Positions 58,758 through 64,000 of a stretch of 64,000 nucleotides of DNA are shown one piece after another. Under the pieces are notes generated by a model. That model did no database searches. It was not told the origin of the DNA and was given only the letters and a program-made list of their open reading frames with translations. Where the stretch lies: positions 124,001 to 188,000 of the forward strand of contig JALDTO010000142.1 of assembly GCA_023515725.1 (NCBI GenBank), written 5' to 3'. The translations under genes and the position numbers were made by a program. The DNA comes from Amoeboaphelidium protococcarum X5. Its lineage: Eukaryota; Fungi; Aphelidiomycota. Each line of letters starts with the position of its first letter. Position 1 is the stretch's first letter.

Positions 58758-60905
58758 ATGGCTAGTATGTAATCTGACTAGGAAAAGGTAAGTTTATTAT
58801 GTAGCTAGTATTTACCAACATTAATAATAACCATTGATCAAGGAGGATTCTGTGTAGATTCGATTGAAACGTCTTGCCAAAATGTAGAGTACTGAAAGTT
58901 CTCCTGTGGAGGAGTCTGGTGATGGTGCTCATCCTAAGCCGTAAGTCTAAGCGGGTTTATCTAGCTAATTGCAATAAAATAATTAGTAGAAATCGCAACC
59001 GTCACTAACTGGCTTGATATAGAGTAAAGCTAGTCCTTCGCCATCTAGAGTAATGACGGAAGAGGAGGAGGTGAATCTGATGTTCGAAGAAGTGCTAAAA
59101 GTAACTCTCACAGGCGATAGTGATTAGAGATAGCGTCCTTAGCACTAGTTCCTATAAGATTTAAAATAAGAGCTAAGCGATGAAAGTCAAGAACTTTTGA
59201 TCACCGTCCGCATCTTGGACAGAGTACTACTCTCAGTATTGTCAACAGGCTGTGAAGGTACAGGATGTGTTGAATACCTGCTCACTTCTTTTAACCAGTG
59301 CATTGAGTAATGCAAGTTTATCAAGAAGCAGTACTTGATAGATGGAGTTATGGAGCTCTAGAAATTGCTGCTATCTTACGTAGGCCTTCTTCTTCAGTAT
59401 CCTGACACATTTCCACAGGATCAGCAATATGTTGATTAAGGATACTCTGTCATTGTGCCGTGGCTCACTGCTGATAATCAGTCTAGCAAGTATTTGGATG
59501 ATTAATTCTTTTAAATGTTGATTGAAAGATTCACAGGTGATGGTTTAGAGGAAATTATTGGTGGAGTTGTTGCTAGTCTGTCTTAAGAGATTAACTAAAA
59601 AATCATTTCTGATAGTTTTCTGCCATTAGTCAATGCATTACAACATCTGGTGTTCTTTAAAGAAATTGCGGTTATTATTACTTAGATGGAATCGTTCTTG
59701 CCTGGAAATGTATCACAACCTAGAGAATTTGAGTCTGTGTCTATTCTGGGTCCTTTTCTGAAGGTGAGCACATTCGGCCTGGATAATGTCCAGTTTGCAA
59801 TGAATCTATTTGGGAATGAGATGGTCCGAACTAGATCTAATGTCGATGCTGCGAATACTTCATTCAGATTGACATGGAACAGTTATATTAACCAAATGTA
59901 TTTAATTGTATTCCAGCTCATTAAATCTGGTCCAGAGTGCAGGGACCGAGTGCTACAATACTTTGCAACGGTATTAAAGTTGAACGAGAATCGTGGCAAA
60001 ATGCACATTCAAGACCCAAAGACTGTATCTACTGAAGGATTCACGTGTAATATTTTTGCGATTCTATTGAAATTGTCAGATCCTCTCATGGACACTATGT
60101 ATTCCAAGTTGCATCTAATTGACCCAGAGTATTTACGCAAGAGCCGCAGAATAGATGTCTCCAAGTTGACAAAATTGAGTTCCAAGTCTCCTGATGAGGA
60201 GTAGAAATGGTTTAGTAGCTCTGGTGATGGCGCTGATTCCAACATTAATTTCGTCACTGAAATCTTTTATCTCACTGAGGCTTTTGCTCATTTTGGCTTG
60301 AATCGTTCCATTCTGACTTATTTGGATATTTTGAGGCACTTGAAAGAGGCCAGCAAGGCGTTGGAGCAACTGAAGAGAGAGCAGCAGAGTGTGTAATCTG
60401 GTCCTAGAGCCCAAATGTAGCAGATGTTGTTGAAGAGAACTCAGTCTCAAGTTGATTAGCTGATGGCGATAAAGTTGACCTTTGATATTCTGCTGCTGGA
60501 TTAGAATTTCCTGGCTCATGCGTTATCATTTCAGTAGTTGGTCATGAGATTTCTCTTGCGTCTTGCCACCTCTCCGTCTGCTGGAGTCTTGTTGAGTGAT
60601 CAGAACTTTGGTAAAGGCCCATAGTTTAGATTAGAGTAGCATGGAGTGTCATTACCACTGAGTCAAGCTCCTCCTAAAGCTTTTTCAATGCTGCCGGAAT
60701 ACTTTGTGGAGGATAGTATGGAGTTGTTATTACAGGTTGGTAGATTTTAGCCAGAGATTCTCTTGCAGTCGGGTCAGTCATTGATTGATGAAGTTGCTGG
60801 ATTTGTTGTTACTTTTCTAAGTTCTAGATAGGTATATGCTTCTTAAAATTAGTAGTAGTAACAGCAGCCAAGTAATGGTGATGATATGGACATATCTTCT
60901 CCTGC

Positions 60906-60952
<47 letters not shown>

Positions 60953-62148
60953 CGTAGTAATTATCTGGAGGTGAAGTGTTTATAAAGAATCCGTACTTGG
61001 CTGCTAAAATGGTGGAAGTTTTATTCACGTTCACCTGGGAGTATGGTCCTGGAGGTGCAGCTCTGGAATCTTTGTGTTAATCAATCTTTGGCTCACATCC
61101 GCTGTTGCAATAATACTTGCCGTCGGCTTTGATTAGTTTCTATGTTGAAATTGAAAAGACTGGTGTGTCTTCGCAGTTTTATGACAAGTTTGGAATTAGA
61201 TACAATATTTCGTAAATATTAAAATTGCTGTGGACCAAGTTTGGCTCTGCGTATCGACCAAAGTTGAAAGAGGAGAGTGTGAAGAGATGGGATGTTTTTG
61301 TGAGATTTGTCAATCTGTTGATGAATGACACCACTTATTTGTTAGATGAGGGATTGGGAAAATTGACACAGATCCACACTTTGCAGTTGGAAATGGCAGA
61401 TCCTGCTTTCAGTCAATTGAATGAGCAGTAGAGGGCAGAGAAGGAGAAGTAAATGTCTGATTTAGAGCGTGGCGCTGGATCTTGTATTTAGCTTGCCAAT
61501 GAGACTGTGCACATGCTGTCCTACCTCACTGACGGGATCTATGAGCCATTCTTGCGGCCAGAAGTTATAGATAGATTGGCAGCGATGCTGAATTACAATC
61601 TGGTTATCCTTGTCGGTCCCAAATGCACAGAGTTGAAGGTGTAGAATCCAGAGAAATATTCTTTCAAGCCCAGAATTCTGCTTAGTGAGATCATTGACAT
61701 TTATCTGCACCTGAGTAGGGAGAAGACTGGACTGAAGGATTTCGTATAAGCAGTGGCTCGTGATGGTCGCTCTTACAATAAAATGTATTTCGAAAAGGCG
61801 GCTCATATATTGTAATCAAAGGCTGTCAAGTCAATGGATGAAGTGGGGAAGCTGAGTAAATTTGTGCAAGATTGTGAACAGGTTAAAGTGGAGGATTAGT
61901 AGGAAGAGGAGGATTTGGGCGAGGTTCCTGATGAGTATCTGGATCCATTGATGTTCACGTTGATGGAAGATCCTGTTATTCTTCCTACCAGTAAGATTAC
62001 GGTTGATAGAAGTACTATCACCAGCCACTTGCTTAGTGATTCCACTGATCCTTTCAACAGAAGACCGCTGTCTATTGATATGGTCTAACCGAATGAAGAG
62101 CTGAGAGCGCAAATTCAAGCTTGGAAGTAATCCAAGAAGAGAAAATGA
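58758..62148 (+). CDS. UFD2: Ubiquitin conjugation factor E4 (U-box); exons 58758-58787 and 58858-62148
   Basis: [76 protein letters not shown]-box [22 protein letters not shown]. 70-nt intron at 58788-58857. Confidence 0.95.
60910..60951 (+). repeat. (TAG)14 microsatellite encoding poly-Gln inside UFD2
   Basis: 14 consecutive in-frame TAG codons followed by TCG TAG TAA. The frame continues into the conserved IKNPYL motif. Confidence 0.9.
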
Positions 62149-62290
62149 TAAACGTGACAGTATTTGAAAAATTTAGCAGATGTCAATTACGATATTCTTG
62201 TATTACTTTTAGTTCATATATCTATCTCTATGTATGATAATTGATCACTTTACCGACCAATTCACCGTAACATTACAATCAACTAACTAC

Positions 62291-62620
62291 TCACTCGAAA
62301 TTGTATGAGCGAGAAGCTGTGCGCTGTTTCAACACGCGGTCAAAGTGATGGACGCGCTCAAACCAAGCAGGAGAGGTGACACGACTGGCACTAGCCATTT
62401 GAGGAATCATGGACATGCTAGATTGAGTCTGAGCCAAGGATAACTGAGGAATCACTTTGATAGTCTTGATCAGAGTCTACGCACTTCTGTTGCTGACAGG
62501 AGGAGCAGTGCGCGGACTAGAGATTTGAGGCAGAGTTGACAGCGTGCGATTGATCGTGGTCTGAAGAGGATTCAACTGCGGAATAGACTTGATTGTCTTG
62601 TTGATAGTATTGTTCAGCAT
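62291..62620 (-). CDS. Small 109-aa basic protein with four internal [IL]PQ[LIM] repeats (hypothetical)
   Basis: ATG in an A-rich context (AAATAAAATG), one internal TAG, ends at TGA. Repeats KTIKSIPQL, RTLSTLPQI, KTIKVIPQL, SMSMIPQM. C-terminal SPAWFERVHHFDRVLK. Confidence 0.6.
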
Positions 62621-62821
62621 TTTATTTAAATATATTCAAGTATTTTTTATTGTTACAAAAGTTTTGTAAATTATCAAGAGAAGAGATGATCGTCGATCAA
62701 TAAAAACTATTTAAGGGAACTGATCAAGGCTTTTGATTCGATCACCACCATCATGGAATAACTAATCAGTCTAAAAATAGTAACAGGTAAGTGATCAGAT
62801 AATTTCATACTTATTACAATC

Positions 62822-64000
62822 TCACATCTCATGGGCCCAACGCTTGACATCATGAGGTATGTTCTCATTATCCTACAATGCTGCCTTGATTTAGGTTGGA
62901 TCTACAGCCAACTTTACCATTTTGAATTCACGAGGATTCTTGGAGTACGATTCATCCAAAACTATCAACTACAAGCCGAGAAAATTCTCAAAGGCTCTAT
63001 AGGCAACCATCTTCTTACAAGCGTGGATATGGTGTATATTCGTGAATTCTGTAAACTCTCTATACACCATTTCGAAATTGAATCTATCCAACTTCTGCAC
63101 CAATAGCCGTTTCATCGCAACAATCATACACAGTTCTAGCTGAGACAGGTCCTCTAGCAGGCGCTGACGAGAATCAACAGTCAATAAATCAAATGATTAC
63201 TCCACTAAATCGATGTCTAACATTAATTTTTCAGTATTCAACAAATTTACAGCAGTCAGTATACACTTGAACAGCAGCCTAACATCGGCATTTAATTGAA
63301 ATAATTTCTTTGCAATTTTTAGAAACTGTTCGCTTGTTAGAAACCCGTCCAGAGAAGACTACAGAGTCTACCGTGATTATGCAGATAAGTCAACACAACC
63401 AGACAGCTGTAGATTAGCACTTACTATATTCAGGTAAGACTCAAAAGACGACGCAGGCCAACAATAAATTTGGCGATGGCTAAAACGAGACTTGACGCGT
63501 TTCTCAAGCAATTCCATAACATCCAGGCGAACAGTTATGCCAATCACCAGTATCGGTCTACCTGAAGACTGAACAGTATCAAACAGATTATACAGCAGAG
63601 ATTACTTGGAGTGTTGAGTGAACTTGTCAAATTCATCCAAGGTAAATATCAGTGGAGGTCCTTCTTTGGTAGCTCTGATATACTCAAATAGACGAACATA
63701 AGACTCATGGAAAGAGACCTTGTCAAATATCTGCGCCTACTATTACTCATTCAGGCCCATAGACAGACTAATCTGCTGAACAACCAGGCGATCATCGCTG
63801 TGGATTGAGCCTTGCAGTTGAACCACAACAACGTCGCGCGATCGTTTCAGACGTTGAACTAGCGAGTTGACCATCATGGACTTCCCAGTGCCTTTAGGGC
63901 CATACAGAAGGGCGGATGAACTCTACCTATTCAAAACTAAATTATCGCACATTCGCTCAAGTTCTTCAATTTAATCTTGTAAATTTATGCTGGTAGCGGG
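62822..64000 (-). CDS. ORC4: Origin recognition complex subunit 4; 5' end lies beyond the window
   Basis: LLYGPKGTGKS, LQGSIHSDD, IFTLDEFDKF..KQ(TAA)SLLYNLFD, ELLEKRVKSRFSHRQI, LSQLELCMIVAM..FNFEMVYREF. Confidence 0.93.

Noticed and set aside
62200-62330. U3 snoRNA-like boxes (TGAGCGAGAAG)
   Set aside because: There is no proper box A (GATCA) or C/D pair, and the motif overlaps the end of the minus-strand small ORF.

Overview
Gene-dense eukaryotic nuclear DNA of fungal/holomycotan type. It uses a non-standard genetic code: TAA and TAG are read as Gln and TGA is the only stop (NCBI table 6). This is why the supplied ORF track is shattered into fragments. Re-read with TAR=Gln, the window resolves into about 29 protein genes: alkaline ceramidase, NUP42, RapGAP, RPT4, a GT31 glycosyltransferase, a triple-PH protein, SVP26, ARF6, ACOT9-like thioesterase, glycogen synthase, an RGS protein, a PX-AGC kinase, CTP synthase, DNA2, UPF1, MOSC/mARC, ASCC3/SLH1, Yippee, RPL36, dTMP kinase, POL2, a 4-TM protein, PI31, MOT1, a disintegrin/EGF-TM-SH3 protein, SIS1, UFD2, a small repeat protein and ORC4. 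There are 10 GT-AG introns, nine of them 50-70 nt, and all end in TGTAG. A ~3 kb gene-free island carries a Ty3/Gypsy integrase relic. Fungal-like genes plus TAR=Gln match what is published for the aphelid Amoeboaphelidium protococcarum (my inference), so the code itself may be known rather than new. The best less-explained signals are: a ~308-nt fold-back in the RPL36 intron that shortens it to standard length, the invariant TGTAG acceptor, altered surveillance helicases (UPF1, truncated ASCC3), a protease-less ADAM-like/SH3 receptor, a CGCG promoter core and a hidden 109-aa repeat protein. All translations and alignments were done by eye from remembered family motifs; no database searches were run.
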